A stretch of DNA of 64,000 nt from Eledone cirrhosa (GCA_964016885.1 OZ024740.1:333932001-333996000); one strand, 5' to 3'; positions 1-13,499 are shown, counted from the stretch's first letter. The notes: generated by a model from the sequence alone, not told the origin. Translations and numbers: made by a program.

Positions 1-3000
1 CTCACTAGGAGTCAACCATGTATTTTATTGCTAGGAGGTATGTTTCAATAACAAGAGAGGAATGAAGTAACCCTATAAGTGAGAGTTTCCACAGAAATAT
101 ACTTGCGTTACTGCAAAGGGTACGTGTTTCTAAATCATAAAGGGTATCAGAAATTCTAAGAGTCTCATTCATCTCTAAGAGGAGAATACATGGAGAGATA
201 TATGAATCAGAAATGTTATTATTTTAAGTAGTTTTGCATATTCTCCTAGATTGAAATGTATGTAGTATCTACAAAGAGTAAGTGATATAAGAATATGATG
301 GAATCGATTAGTGACAGAGATAACAGAAACTGTATTAAGCGTGCTATATAGACTTCTGAGGATAATAAAGACAGCACCATTATATAATAATATGTCAGTT
401 AATTAACGATATTATTTAATAAACCTGCTTATATTGATAAATGGGATATGGTTGTGAAACATATGAGACTGAAATGATGATTGCCCATGAATATGTTTGC
501 TTTATGTAAGGTTTTGAATTAGGAGAAAACTCACTCAGGCCGTGGAATTATTTCCGGTGGCATTCTATTTAACATCTACCACCACGGCAATTGATAGATT
601 TTATAAACTATGTGTTCTTCCGATAGTCAAGTTGAATTAACGGCTAGGTCTCATCCATTAACATTTGAAATACCTGAATGTAGTCGCATATTCTATACTG
701 ACAGATACTTCCCTCGCACATTTGGCTTATTGCATTCTCTTCCAGCTTCTTGGCTTCCTGACCATTACAATTTTCAAAAATTCAACAGCAACATCAATCG
801 TTACCATGTCCCTCCTTGAATTATTTTCTGTCTGTTTTGTTATTTTTGCTGGTGAGGAACCGTTTGCACCTTTGCGTTTTATTGAGCAAAGAAAAAAATA
901 CTTCACTCTTCAGATTTCACGTGTATAACACATTTCGTATTAGTACTCCATACAATCAGTTAGCAATTAGTCTAATTTGTATATGCATAACTCGTTAAAT
1001 ACGTATTATTTTCTACTCTGAAGTAGGACGGATTGCCCCTTTCAGTAGATTTAAAAAATAAGTATAAATATTAGTCGCACGCTCGTGCAATAAAGAAAAG
1101 TAGTTGCCAATATTTCAAATTACTCGATCATGATTCAGTCATGTTCCTATAATTGCTTCAACAGATGCGTATATTTCACTTTTTACTTTTAATTTCAGCT
1201 CTCGAAATTCATTTGAACAAATATGTACATTCCACTGCAAGTATGCATTATGTTTGAACAGCAACAATTTACTGATAATTGGCATATTAATAACATAATC
1301 TTATAGTTTTAGACAAATAGACAACACAAAAAATAACACATTAATGAACTGCTAGTCTTCCTGGAAGCGTTTATATTGAATGACAATCACACATCTATTA
1401 TATAGCAACTAATTGCCATCCAAATATTAAAAAGAAATATATCTTACCTATAAACAATCGCTGATATTCTCCAAAATATGTGTGTGCGTAAAATATAAAG
1501 TAGTTGTAGCTCTTGATTAATAGAATATCATTTATTAACAAGTCATCGATCAAGAAATAAAACACCTATATCTAGGAAATGTGATCGCATGCTTCTCCGA
1601 ATTGTGAGAGATCATAGCTCAGATAATATGGTTAAGTGGTAAGAATGTCTCAGGAAACAGTGACTGGACAGATTTTACGAGCAAACTGAAACGGCTGGAA
1701 CCCCAGGGGTAGACACTGAGCAGGATGTTTGGATAACACCAATGAGCTTCGCTGGTCCTGCTTTGGGCTTCAGTCGGGTCTGCTGACGACGGTTGCTTCT
1801 GACTGGACCCGTTTGAAGGCATGCGTTTGGAATCTTATGAATAGTAGAAGAAGAAGAAGAAGAAGAACTGATAAATTCGCGTTTTGTGAGGGGTAAACAC
1901 ACGCACATACTTAAATAAGAGATATATAAAGGGTATACAATTAACACCTCTAAGCGCACAGCATACTTATTCGGAAAATTACTGCTAATTTAACATAAAA
2001 AAATGCACCAAAAATAAAGCTGAGCATACCTACGCCGCACAGAAATGTACTAGTTATTGCATTGAAGAAATATTCGAAGTAGTCTAGCAATTTCAGATGA
2101 GGGAAAAATTCATTATTTCCATGCAAGAATCTGAGAGGTAGTCTATTTATATCGACTAGCCAAGGATGAAAGGCGCTGTTTGGCTCGATAGAAATGGAAC
2201 ATGGCTCATTGATATATAAGTAAAAATGACCGTTTTAATTATTCAGCTATAGTAACGTAGTCTCGAACCCTTGAAGAAACACTCAGAAACTATTCCTTGT
2301 GTTACCACGTTAGGAACAGGCGATCGATAAAAAAAATGAGTTCAAAAACGTAAAATACATAAAGAGAGATAGAGACAATGAACAAGAGAGGAAAAATAAA
2401 AAATAAAAATATTAAAAATTAAAAAAATATATAAAAATATCTTATTAATTTGGAGATTAGACGAAGCTATTAGATGTAATGCCAAAATAGTTTGAAACTT
2501 TATTGGCTATTACTGAAGTAAAAACTGATATGATGGCTCTCCATTATCGAAGTAGAGAAACGAGAAAAAAATCAATTTTGTTTTCTCTTTTCATTATTTA
2601 GAATAGCTTGCAATATTTGTAAAGAGTATTTCATAAACATTGATTTCTTTAATTGTTAGACAGTGTCAAACACATTTCTCTAACTCACTAGCCAAAAGTC
2701 TGCTTTCAGTTCTTCATTGTTCTTTGATAAAATATTATCGGGTAAAGCATTACATCTGCACCCAAGGATTTTTTTTTATTTCTATTAAATACACGGAAAC
2801 CATACGATATTATTGAAATTTGCTGTTTTCGAAATTGGTTTTCCAAGAATAAATTTTGAAAGGTTCGGATTTAATACGTTTACTTGCATACACGTGTGGT
2901 AGAGCAAATAATTTTGTACACGCCGCAATATACTGTAGGCTTTAGAATGTATTCAAATCATATTCCTCAAAAACGGAAAAAAGATATCCATACACACCTG

Positions 3001-3539
3001 CATAGACAAATATACATACACACACACATACTCTCTCTCTCTTTCACAAACACACACACACACACATATATATATATAGGAATAGTTAACCATAAGGGAG
3101 GAAAAGCACTTGACGTTGCGCAGCTCATTCATCGTTCGTGATGAATCCAGTGGGTGATATAGGGAATAGTATTAAATATTACATTGATTAAAATAACAGG
3201 AGGGCGGACTATTGAAGTTCTCTTAATTTAAATAAAAATAAACATATATATATATATATATAATATTTAAAATTTGATTTTTTGCTCTACTTATAATACG
3301 ATTGTTAATCTATTTCTTTTTTTTTCATCTAATCGCATGATTCGCTAGTCGAGCAATCTATATGCATTGAGGCTCACTAACCTTCTCTCTACTGCGTTGT
3401 AATCTGCATAACTAATCACTTTTCTCTCTTCCTGATTAGCTTACGTGCATTTTACTCTGTATATATATGAATATATATATGTATATACAAATTTATATAT
3501 ACAGACACACATACACAAACACAAACACACACATATATA

Positions 3540-5565
3540 TCTATTATATAAATGTGAAATGGCTGAAAATTGTCTTATACTGGCAAAAGGGTAGTACCAA
3601 TGCTCTGATTGTTATGAAAATGTATTCATTAATGTAAAAGGTGTCGAGGAAGCGGCAGGTCTACTTGGGGTTCTCTAAATTGAAAAACGTGGTCTCTGGT
3701 GTCAAAATACGGTCTTTTTTATCGATTTTACCTCACTATAGTTTCTTAGCTTTTCCCTCTCTCTATAATAGATCATTCCCCCTCTCTATAATGTAACTGC
3801 TTTACTCTCTCTGTCGCTATTCACTCCCTATATTAGAACACTGCAGAGAGAGATAGGCCGTTAGAGAGATACAATTAAAGTGTTAGATATTCAGAGAGAG
3901 AGAGAGAGAGACAGAGAGGGAACATCAAACTTCAGTTAAGTTTCAGTAACATGTTATATATCTTTGATCTGTCGTCGCTCGCATGGCACACACACACACA
4001 CACCATACTTATATAAAGCTGTGCGTCGTGTGTGTGTGAGTATGTATGTAAGTATGTATGTATCCTACACAACTCCCTATACTATTTAACCTAAAATACT
4101 TTTATATCCATCTCTTAATGAAGCATTTTCAATTCATTATACGTAAACAATGACATTACTTTTTCGCTTTTAGTTTAGCATTTTACATTCAATGCCTCCC
4201 TTTTTTAATGCAACTATTTATTGAAACGACTACGTGCTCTTAGTGGTTCAGTATTTAACCTTAAATACTTTTACACTGCTTCTATAGTATGCCTCCAGTG
4301 TTATTGCGGCGACACTGTTACATGGCGGTTGTACGGCACACTCCGCATTCAAATTGCCTTTGGACATTGCAAAGAAGGAGAATCCTACATGTAAAATAGA
4401 TCGTAGCGACCCTAAAGCACATCTTCTTTCTGAGTGCTGCCTCATCATATGGGACGAGGCTACCATGAGAAACAAGGCGGCCGTTGAGGCTCTGGATCGA
4501 ACTCTCAAGGACTTGCATCGGAACTTACGCGTCATGGGGGCTGCGACAGTACTGCTGGCTGGTGATTTTCGACAGACTCTTCCTGTTATCACTAGAGGCA
4601 CTAGAGCTGACGAAGTGAACGCATGCATCAAGTCGTCCTACGTATGGCAGTATGTCCACAAACTACATCTGACTACCAACATGAGAGTGCATGTGCCAGG
4701 TGATGCTGTCTCCATCGATTTCTCAAAACATCTCCTGGAAGTTGGTAATGGAACTACACCTGGAGTGGATGAAGAGCATATCCGTTGCCTTTTGGGAACT
4801 TTGTGTCAAACATTGACGAATTAATGTCATCTGTATTTCCAGACCATGAATCACGATTCCGTGATCACACCTGGCTGAAAGGGAGGGTTATTTTGGCACC
4901 ACACAATGTCACTGTTGACGTGATGAACCAAAAACTACTCGATCAGATTCCCGGAAATGAAGTCTCCTTCAATCGATTGACACCAATAAAGAGGCGGACG
5001 ACGCCGTCATCTCCCCAATTGAATTCCTCAACAGTCAACTACATCCAGGACTTCCTCCTCGTGATCTGAAACTGAAGGTTGTTGTGCCAGTTATGCTGCT
5101 GAGAAACCTGGATGCACCAGAACTAAGCAACGGAACGCTTTTAATCAAAACAAAAATAAGGACCCAAATTCTGGACACAACCATTTTGGGCGGATCCGCT
5201 GCAGGCGTGACCAGGTTAATTACCCCTATGAGCCTTAGTCCCTCTGACGTCCCCTATGAATTTACGCGACGGCAGTTTCCATAAAATTCTGCTTTGCAAT
5301 GAGCATCAACAAAGCACAAGGACAATAGCTGCAAGTGGTTGCCCTAAATCTGACACAGCAGGTATTTTCCATGGTCAACTATACGTCGGATGCTCCCACG
5401 TCGGCAGTCCACACAGTCTCTTTATTTGTGGCAACCCGGGCAACACCAGGGACGTTGTCCCCAACGTCTCTCTGTCAAACCACTCTCTTCACGTCGCCCC
5501 TCAACTTATTAACTTAATAAAGAGTGGCCACGAGTAGCCCCGAGCGCAACCAGGCTCAGCTGCTA

Positions 5566-5566
<1 letters not shown>
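3540..5566 (+). mobile_element. Helitron, internally deleted, retaining Pif1 helicase remnant
   Basis: Begins A|TCTATTATATAAA at 3540 and ends with a GC-rich subterminal segment (gccccgagcgcaaccaggctcagc) then CTAG|T at 5563-5567, matching canonical Helitron TC...CTAG termini in an AT target. The 5' boundary is less certain because a second Helitron-like start (catacttatataaagctg) lies near 4004. Confidence 0.75.
4290..5470 (+). pseudogene. Pif1-family (Helitron RepHel C-terminal) helicase, frameshifted fragment
   Basis: Motifs spread over several frames: GGxTAHSAFKLP, IIWDEATM (Walker B), LLAGDFRQTLPV, LTTNMR, VMLLRNLD..LSNGT, RRQFP, FAMSINKAQGQ*, HGQLYVG. Multiple frameshifts and stops; no Rep domain. 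Confidence 0.9.
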
Positions 5567-5614
<48 letters not shown>

Positions 5615-5619
<5 letters not shown>

Positions 5620-5794
5620 GTGGTTACACAACAGTTAGTTCACCATATTGAGAACAATTGTTTCACATTAGCGGATCCTCAGCTCGTAATGCGCATGGTT
5701 ATCCGTATAACCATGCCAATTACGAGCTGAGGATCCGGTAAGGTGAGACAATTGTTCTCGGTATGGTGAACCAACTGTTGTGTAACCACTTCTA
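5615..5794. repeat. ~180-bp near-perfect palindrome adjacent to (TA)n
   Basis: tagaagtggttacacaacagtt...ggttatccgtataacc...aactgttgtgtaaccacttcta; the arms are complementary along their whole length. Confidence 0.9.
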
Positions 5795-5911
5795 CCTAAC
5801 TCGTCCCATGGACTGAGTGCGCTACCACTACGGATATTACCTTCCAGTGTTCTACCACTATATATATATATATAAATATATGTGTATGTATGTATGTATA
5901 TATATTTTTTT

Positions 5912-5951
<40 letters not shown>

Positions 5952-6246
5952 GGTGTGTGTATGAGTTTGTGTGTGTGTTTATATATATATGTATAAAGGC
6001 GCATGCCTTAATGGGTAGAGTCAGACACATTATTGCACGTTGCTCCAGTTCACTCAGCTGTACCGATGTGTTGCTGCGTCGCTGGTGCCAGGCTGTATCG
6101 GCTTTTGGCGTTCGACATCAGTGACGTGGAGACAGGTGACTTGTATGCATGGTCTTCCAGAAAAAAACCTTACCCGGATTGTACTTCAAGGCACAAATCC
6201 CATGGTTATTCGTGACCAAAGAGTGGGGAGGCTTTCCCCTTTAACC

Positions 6247-6309
<63 letters not shown>

Positions 6310-6314
<5 letters not shown>

Positions 6315-6751
6315 GAAGAGAGAAGAAACATTTAGATATAATTAGTAATAAAATGTATCATACCTAAACTGCTCCTAGATTCCTCGACTACGTAGTTTCG
6401 TGGCATAAACAAAAACAATACATCATAAAGATATAGAGTCTTTGCGATTCTGCCGACTTATCAAGAGGATACCTCATTTTACTAGCTTCAAGAACGCGTC
6501 TACACGACGTGAGAAAGAATCCCAAAAGGCGGAGGGGGAGATGGTCACGCGATATAACGGTCGAGAAACAGAGCTAAGCCTCTTATAACCCCGAAGAAAA
6601 TACCACGGAGGCGGAGGGGGTATTTATATCGAAGCCGTAGAAGAGGTGGTGAAGGAGGCGAGAAGTATGAGTAATGGCAGCTTTCCAGCAGTCACCACAC
6701 TTCAAAGATTACTCGACCAGAGGGAGTTATGAACAATATATTTAGAAACAC
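6310..6751 (-). mobile_element. Partial copy of the 591-bp hammerhead-containing repeat family
   Basis: Near-identical to 61267-61703; abuts (TA)n. Confidence 0.9.
6381..6469 (-). ncRNA. Type I hammerhead ribozyme, U3-A8 core variant
   Basis: Minus strand reads tcctc UUGAUAA gtcggca..(long loop)..tgccac GAAA ctacgtag UC gagga: stem I tcctc/gagga, palindromic stem III, GUC cleavage triplet. Confidence 0.8.
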
Positions 6752-6774
6752 ATTTAGACTTTTCCTAAAATTAA

Positions 6775-7110
6775 TACCTAAAAATATACATATAAATTAA
6801 TTTAATTTCGAGTTTTGAATCTAGATTCCTTGTAGTTTATATAAGATTGGTATTTCTCACTACTACCCTTATCCCAAAATGTTATTTTCCTTCGTTTTTA
6901 ACAACATTCTTTAATAACATCTAAAACTTATTTATCACATCCATATGAATTAATATAAATGTATCCCTATAAGCATACCTATCAATTAATTTAATTTCTT
7001 GTTATAGATCAAGATTCCTTGTGGTTTAAATAAGATTGGTATTTCTCACTAATATCCTTACCCTAAAATTTTACTTTCCTTCGTTTTTAACATTATTCTT
7101 TAATAACATC
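6775..7110. repeat. Local ~140-bp diverged direct duplication
   Basis: aattaatttaatttc...agattccttgt..ataagattggtatttctcact...ttctttaataacatc at ~6775-6921 and ~6985-7110. Confidence 0.8.
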
Positions 7111-7340
7111 AAATGTTAGTGTTCCCTTCACCGACTTGACCTCTTTTCATCCCCAAAGTATTCTTCTCATTCAAAGTATTATTTCCATTCAAAACATAAG
7201 TCTGCACTCCTCTACCCCTAAATTAAATTTCTACTACTACTATTCTATCAACTTGACCTTTTACTACTTTTCTATTGGTCAATTCAAAACCTGTTCCCAA
7301 ACATATCTATTATATTAAATCTTTGTTGTTTTTTTTCAAT

Positions 7341-7493
7341 AAACAAATCTCATCATTTCTGAAGACAGCATATATATGTGAAGGTATGTATATTTCCTCT
7401 GATAGTTTGTAATATTTTTACATAGATCTATATGATATACGTACCAACACATAAATATATCCTAGAAACGATCGTAAAATGATGAATTTGTTT
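7341..7493 (+). ncRNA. Type I hammerhead ribozyme with long stem I and extended stem-loop II
   Basis: aaacaaatctcatcattt CUGAAGA (7359-7365) cagcatatatatgtg...cacataaatatatccta GAAA (7465-7468) cgatcg UA aaatgatgaatttgttt; (TA)n follows ~45 nt later. Confidence 0.8.
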
Positions 7494-7534
7494 AATATAA
7501 GGAACTTGTTCTTTGTTTTTATTTATTGTTTCTA

Positions 7535-7572
<38 letters not shown>

Positions 7573-8160
7573 TGAGGGACCACACACACACACACATATA
7601 TATATAAGCTACATAGTCTTAACGACGCTAATATGATTGCGACAAAGACATTTCGCACCTCACCACCCGCTTGGAGCTAATCCATAAGGATATTAAATAA
7701 ATTAATCAATGCTGAATTAACCAGAACGATTGACTATAAAATGAATAGCCAAACTCTTTGTATTGGATTGATCTATATCCACGACTTACTACTACCACCG
7801 TTGTACCACTATGGCAATGAGGCCGATTTTATCGACTTACCCTTTCCCCCAAATTGTTGGCCTTAAGCCTTAATCAGACGCCATTATTTTTATTGTCATA
7901 TCCTTCCTTCCCCATGATTCATATTAATTCCTCGTTGAGACAAAATAGTGGACCACATCCAGTGGTTTGAGATATCATGATGTTGTTTCTGTTCAGTTTA
8001 TATCCAGCATCTTTCATATTATTCTAGTCATTCCAAGTAAACAAGGTGTCTGCAATATTTCCAGCATAAGATTTATTTCTAGTTATAGCAATGCTATGTT
8101 AGCTGGGGATTCCCTCTCTTGTTCGGCAAGTGGGGAAAAGAAGGATGTTGCAGCCATTGT

Positions 8161-8657
8161 CTACCCACCCGGGTCATGAGGGGGTTTGACGGCGAGATAA
8201 TTCCTATGCAATCGGTGTTTACATTCAGTTACATGTTCGTCTTTTTGTTTAGGAGTTGGTCCTTCGTAAACAACATTTCGGAACGGATGTCGGTGTTGGT
8301 AGAGCCGGGTCTTAAAGTCACAAGCGGGTAATCCTATATAGGATTTGTTGGAGCTTTCCGTCTTCACGTTGCATTGGTAGATCACGTTACGTTCTAGGCA
8401 TATGTTGTTGAGGGGCACGTAGATCTAGCAGTGTAGTTACACCTCCTGGTCGGCTCTCCAGTAATGTCTAAGTTGTTTCTTCCATAGGGTTTAAGGTTCT
8501 TGTTGCTTGAGGAGGCGATGTTTTGTGCGAAGTTGGGTGTGGTGCTGTAGGAGAGTTTGATAGTGTTTTTGTTGATTACGTTGTGGTAGCGATGTTGTGG
8601 TGGGCAGTGTTTTTTGAGGATCCTAAAGAAGATTTTCACGGTAGGCCTTGCCACCTC

Positions 8658-8658
<1 letters not shown>
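8161..8658 (-). pseudogene. Penelope-like (Naiad-type) retroelement fragment: linker plus GIY-YIG endonuclease
   Basis: FFRILKKHCPPQHRYHNVINKNTIKLSYSTTPN...CNY-TARST-C-PLNNI-C-LERNVIYQC...SYIG...FKTRLYQH (one frameshift). CxCx5Cx5C-like linker plus VIY...YIG; the 5' end is truncated at (TA)n. Confidence 0.8.
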
Positions 8659-8724
<66 letters not shown>

Positions 8725-8731
8725 AATAATG

Positions 8732-8762
<31 letters not shown>

Positions 8763-8780
8763 ATTCATGTATAGACGTAG

Positions 8781-8834
8781 ATGTGCCCCAGCATGGCCTC
8801 AGGCGGATGGCTGAAACAGGTAAAAGAGTAAAAG
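8781..8834 (+). repeat. Short interspersed tail-like repeat (also 33203-33270 on minus strand)
   Basis: gtgccccagcatggcctcaggcggatggctgaaacaggtaaaagagtaaaag matches the reverse complement of 33203-33270; a more decayed copy may lie near 15958. Confidence 0.65.
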
Positions 8835-11800
8835 TGATATGCATAATAGATATAAATAGGTGATGGTTATAACGTTTCGACGAACGTCTAACAATATGTT
8901 AATATTGCAAATTTCTCTACATTCATAGTCATGTTTATAGGTGTCGTATTTATATAATTTCATTTTCTGGCTTCTTCACCTGATTTTATCACCTAATGTT
9001 CATCTTCTGAAGTATTTCAAAGGTGTCATTAATGTAAAAGCATTGATACATTATTACTTTACTCTATTGGCTTGCAATTGTTCTAAAGACTTTAAATTTG
9101 AAGTTGGAATTACATTAAATTCTCATTATGCATCGACCATATTTTCCTGTGGAAACAGTATTGAAGTATTTAAAAAATGTTTTTCTTATTACTATTCACC
9201 CAATATTCCGCTTTCTTTTTCAAGGTTGCTCACACTTTGAGATGTACGGTGATATGTACATGAAATTTTACATTTATCCTTAATAGAATTGAATGTCTAG
9301 ATTGTATTATGCCACCAACGCTTCGGTATTAGTTTTCAATTAGTAGTTCAAAGACTGAACACATTGTTTATTTTGTCCCTTAGTGATGGTTTTCCTTCCA
9401 TCTTTTATGTTGTGTTCACATCCAACTACTTCATTTTCACCTTTAAGCGGTTCGATAGAATAATGTAACAGTTCGATAGAATAATGTAAGATATGGGTGT
9501 ACTCACCATTAGTGGTGTGGTTTATAAATTTGTAACCAAAATAATTAGAAATGTTACTTAAATTTTAGAGACTATTCTAATCGCTGCATCATTAGCAACA
9601 CTTAATGTCTCCATCTATTCACGACGTATCCCTAAGAGAGGATTCGTCTCGTACACAGCCGAAATATTAATGCAGAATTATGAATGGAATTGATTTGGAA
9701 GGCCGCTCTTTACAATAACATAAACTACCATGTAGCCTTCTCTTCTGCCGAAGAGACAATAACACACACTTCATTTTTAATAGGATTTATGACGCGTTGA
9801 TATATAATTATATACCGACATAACATACATAATACTAAAATTAATGATGAATTCTGAATGATCACTTGACTACATGTTTGTCTGAAATTTTAAAAGTCGC
9901 TTTAATTTGTATATGATTTCAGAGAAACAATGTTGAATAGACAGAGATTGAAATTGAACTGAATTAGAACTAAATGCGGAAAATAGGTAATTAAATAACC
10001 GAGTGTTTAGTAAAATCCTTCGATGTACTCAGCGCTATTTATATCACAACCACAGTTATAATAGAAGCCACGTCACGCTTCATGACATCAGACCCGTAGA
10101 CCTTGTTTTGTAGTACAGTAAAATATCGTAAACATCGGTATATGTCTGCTTAGATGTTACGTAATAGCCAATGGTTACACTCAATCACTCCAACATGAGT
10201 TCTATGAAGAAATAAATTCGATCTATCCTAACTAATAAATCCCTATGATATACCGTACATTGGTATCGTTTTCCAATAATTGTTATGATTTTCACACAAA
10301 ATGGTCTATCCAATTCAGCGACATTTAATTTACTTTTAAAAAATTCTGGTATCATATAACTGGATGGTTGAAGCTATATATTCTGCTAGTTGTGTGGACA
10401 CATGACAGATTCCTAATTTTTATAGTTAATTACTTAAGTCTGAAGATCCTCTACGATAATCATGTTTCTTTCTCACAATCTAATAAAACTTGTTACTGCA
10501 ACGCAGATGATTTACCACACTTAATCTAATTTCAACAGTTACAAATTTAGAAAAAATACACAATAGATACCGGTTTGTTGAGCTTTCAAAATGTTTAATC
10601 CATCAATTTCTCCGTTCTAGTAATGGAGCTATTCAAATGATTACATATATTTCATATATGAAAAAAAAAATAATATTTAGTTTGAAAAGGTGTGTTAAAC
10701 GACAGTGCACCTAGTTATGTCATTTTCAATTTGTCATTTGGTTCATATATCAACTTTTGGCGTTAAATTCTCTTTTAATTTCTAAGATATATTCATGTTA
10801 TAATTCTTTCAAATATTTCATATTTCTTCGGAAAGTTTTAGGCTGGGCACTCACAAAAGCAAGTCATCTTAAAATAAATTATACATTCACCATTTAAAAA
10901 AAGATTGTGTGTCAGTCCAATAGGTTTTAGTATAGCTGAATATGACAGAGATAATAATGTTTGTAACAGCTTTCTCGATACAATTGATTTTATTAATTAT
11001 GGTTTATCCTTAATATTTTTGCATAATATCGATTTAGGTTATTAATTTTCAAAACGATGCACATTTTAGATAGATGACAACAAAATAATTGGCAAACGAG
11101 AATACTTTTTTTTAAATTTTGTGTAAACAAAATCATTTGAGAGAATGGTGTGAAGTTTTAATCAGGAGAGACATTTTGAAGAAAGGAGACGCTTTGTCTC
11201 CCGTTTATTTTGTTATCATCAAAACAAGTGTTTGCTCTGATTAATGGAATATGAATATGTCTCATGAGGAGGACAAACAGAAACGTTAGCTCTTCCTGTG
11301 GCGTATAAGTGGTACACTTTCTGTGTTGCGTGTGTGTTACGTCATTCATATCATTTTGAAAACAATTCATCTCACAACATACTTTCAATGTTCCACTTTC
11401 TCTATGATTATGAAAAGTTGTTAAGAAGCAATGACAAAATTCGCAGCAAATCATTAGGAACAGAACCTGTATAATAAATGTCTGTAGACTGCTCTAAATA
11501 TTTCATGTGAATCATACGAGACATCGCTCATAAAGGGTACGATTCAGTTATAAATTTACAATATACAATTCAGTTATATATAACATTTTTAAAATGTGGT
11601 GTGTTTACATAAAGCAGACGAATCGAATATATATATATATTTATATATATATATCTATATATACTACATATATATATATATATATATACATATATATACT
11701 TTAGCCATAGAGTTCTTTGAATAAACGGACAGTCACACATTTAAGTAGTTAGACGGCTAAGATTGTTTGCGCACTTGCAAACGATACTCGGCCTGTTTCC

Positions 11801-12488
11801 ACGGAGTTCTCACAGCTGAGTGCTCTCTTTTAGAATACGTAGCTAGTAAATAGTTAGATTGATTACACACTTAGTTAGGACCGATTACGCTCTCTATACA
11901 TAGCTCTACACGCAGTTCCGGTTTCCTTTAGACATTGAGCTCCCACAATTACGACTGTCACGTTCCTACCGACTGAACACTACACCAGGTTTTGATGCGT
12001 GATCATCTAACCATTGAGGACTCACTGTTATGGATTGAACAATAATACTGACACACCATTAATGGGCCTACACACATCCTTTGGATTTTACTGTCCTGTG
12101 TTTTCTTACTTCACCTTCTGTGTTGGATAAAACAAACACACCGCCAAAACTCAAACAATTATCTTAAAAGCTCATTGGCCCATATGACGGGAAATCGCAC
12201 TTGCGGACATATTTACCCAATACCCAACCCTACACGGAGCCCTTTGCCGGCCTACATTGCGGTTGCTTGCACGCACGGATTTGGTGACACGGATTCTCAA
12301 TGGGATAGCAGTACACAAGGAGTTCGACATGAGCTGATTGCTTGCTCTTCACATGGATGTGTATATACCCGGAAATACCCTTTTTTGGACGATTCGGATT
12401 TGTATATACCATAACATACACTTGAAGATTTGAATGTTACAATTCAATCTATACACGTATAGCAGAACACTGAACAGAACTCACTTGC

Positions 12489-12529
<41 letters not shown>

Positions 12530-12536
12530 TGTGTGT

Positions 12537-12571
<35 letters not shown>

Positions 12572-13068
12572 GCGTTGGTTAACCCAATATTTCCAATTTA
12601 CATCGTCAAATTGAGATTTGACCAACATAGCTTCTGTTGCTTTGTGAACTAACTTTCGGTGAGCACTGTGTTGGTACATTCTTATATTTGTTTTATTATA
12701 TTTGTTTCTTTCCTCGGACATCGCTTCGGTGTGTGTGACAGAGTGTGTGTGTACCCACCCACACTAACTCTACGGGTTTAATACTGTGTTGATGTGTGTA
12801 TATATATGCATATATTTTTCTTTGACCTCGAGCCGATGTATGTGGGTGTGTACCCACTCACTTTTAACTGTGACTGTCTGTATCCCTACATATTTGATTG
12901 ATGTCCAGCGTTTTTTGCAGCGATAGAAGTCTGACAACTTTTATGACCTCAACTGAAGCTAATAGCAGTCGCCGTCTTTCTGACTGGTGTGTCTCCATAT
13001 GAGGGAATGGATTCTGTTAGAGAACATCGTTATTTTTTCTCTCTCATATCAAGAATTTGAAGACAATT

Positions 13069-13154
13069 CATTTTCACCTGATGAGATCAGTGATAATCGA
13101 TCATGGCTTCACAATCGATCTATCTCTTATTGAAACATCTGTCGTGATTAAATG
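13069..13154 (+). ncRNA. Type I hammerhead ribozyme
   Basis: cattttcac CUGAUGA (13078-13084) imperfect stem II GAAA (13132-13135) catctg UC gtgattaaatg. Confidence 0.7.
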
Positions 13155-13462
13155 ATTGGAATTTTACCTTGCCTTCGGATTTTCATTTTGATACTTATAC
13201 TCCGTTTTACATCATCTAGCTGTTCCCTTGAATGGAATTGGAGATATACAAAAGCATGGAGACCTTAATATTGCTAACATAAATTTATTGGACCATTTTA
13301 CACAACCAATAATGCACCTTACTATATATATATATATATATATATATTCGATTCGTTTGCATTTATGCAAACACAACTCATTTTTAAAAGCATCCTTTGC
13401 TATTGGCAAATAACTACATGTATCACCTATCCCTCCTTCTCTCTTTCGATACGTAAATATTC

Positions 13463-13499
<37 letters not shown>

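Noticed and set aside
9450-9490. Short direct repeats (also 14051-14105, 33688-33790, 54801-55020) as CRISPR-like arrays
   Set aside because: Only two units each, no regular spacers, eukaryotic context; these are local duplications.
11786-11822. Minus-strand CTGTGA...GAAAcagg hammerhead-like string
   Set aside because: Core lacks a base, there is no UH cleavage triplet, and stem II is unconvincing.
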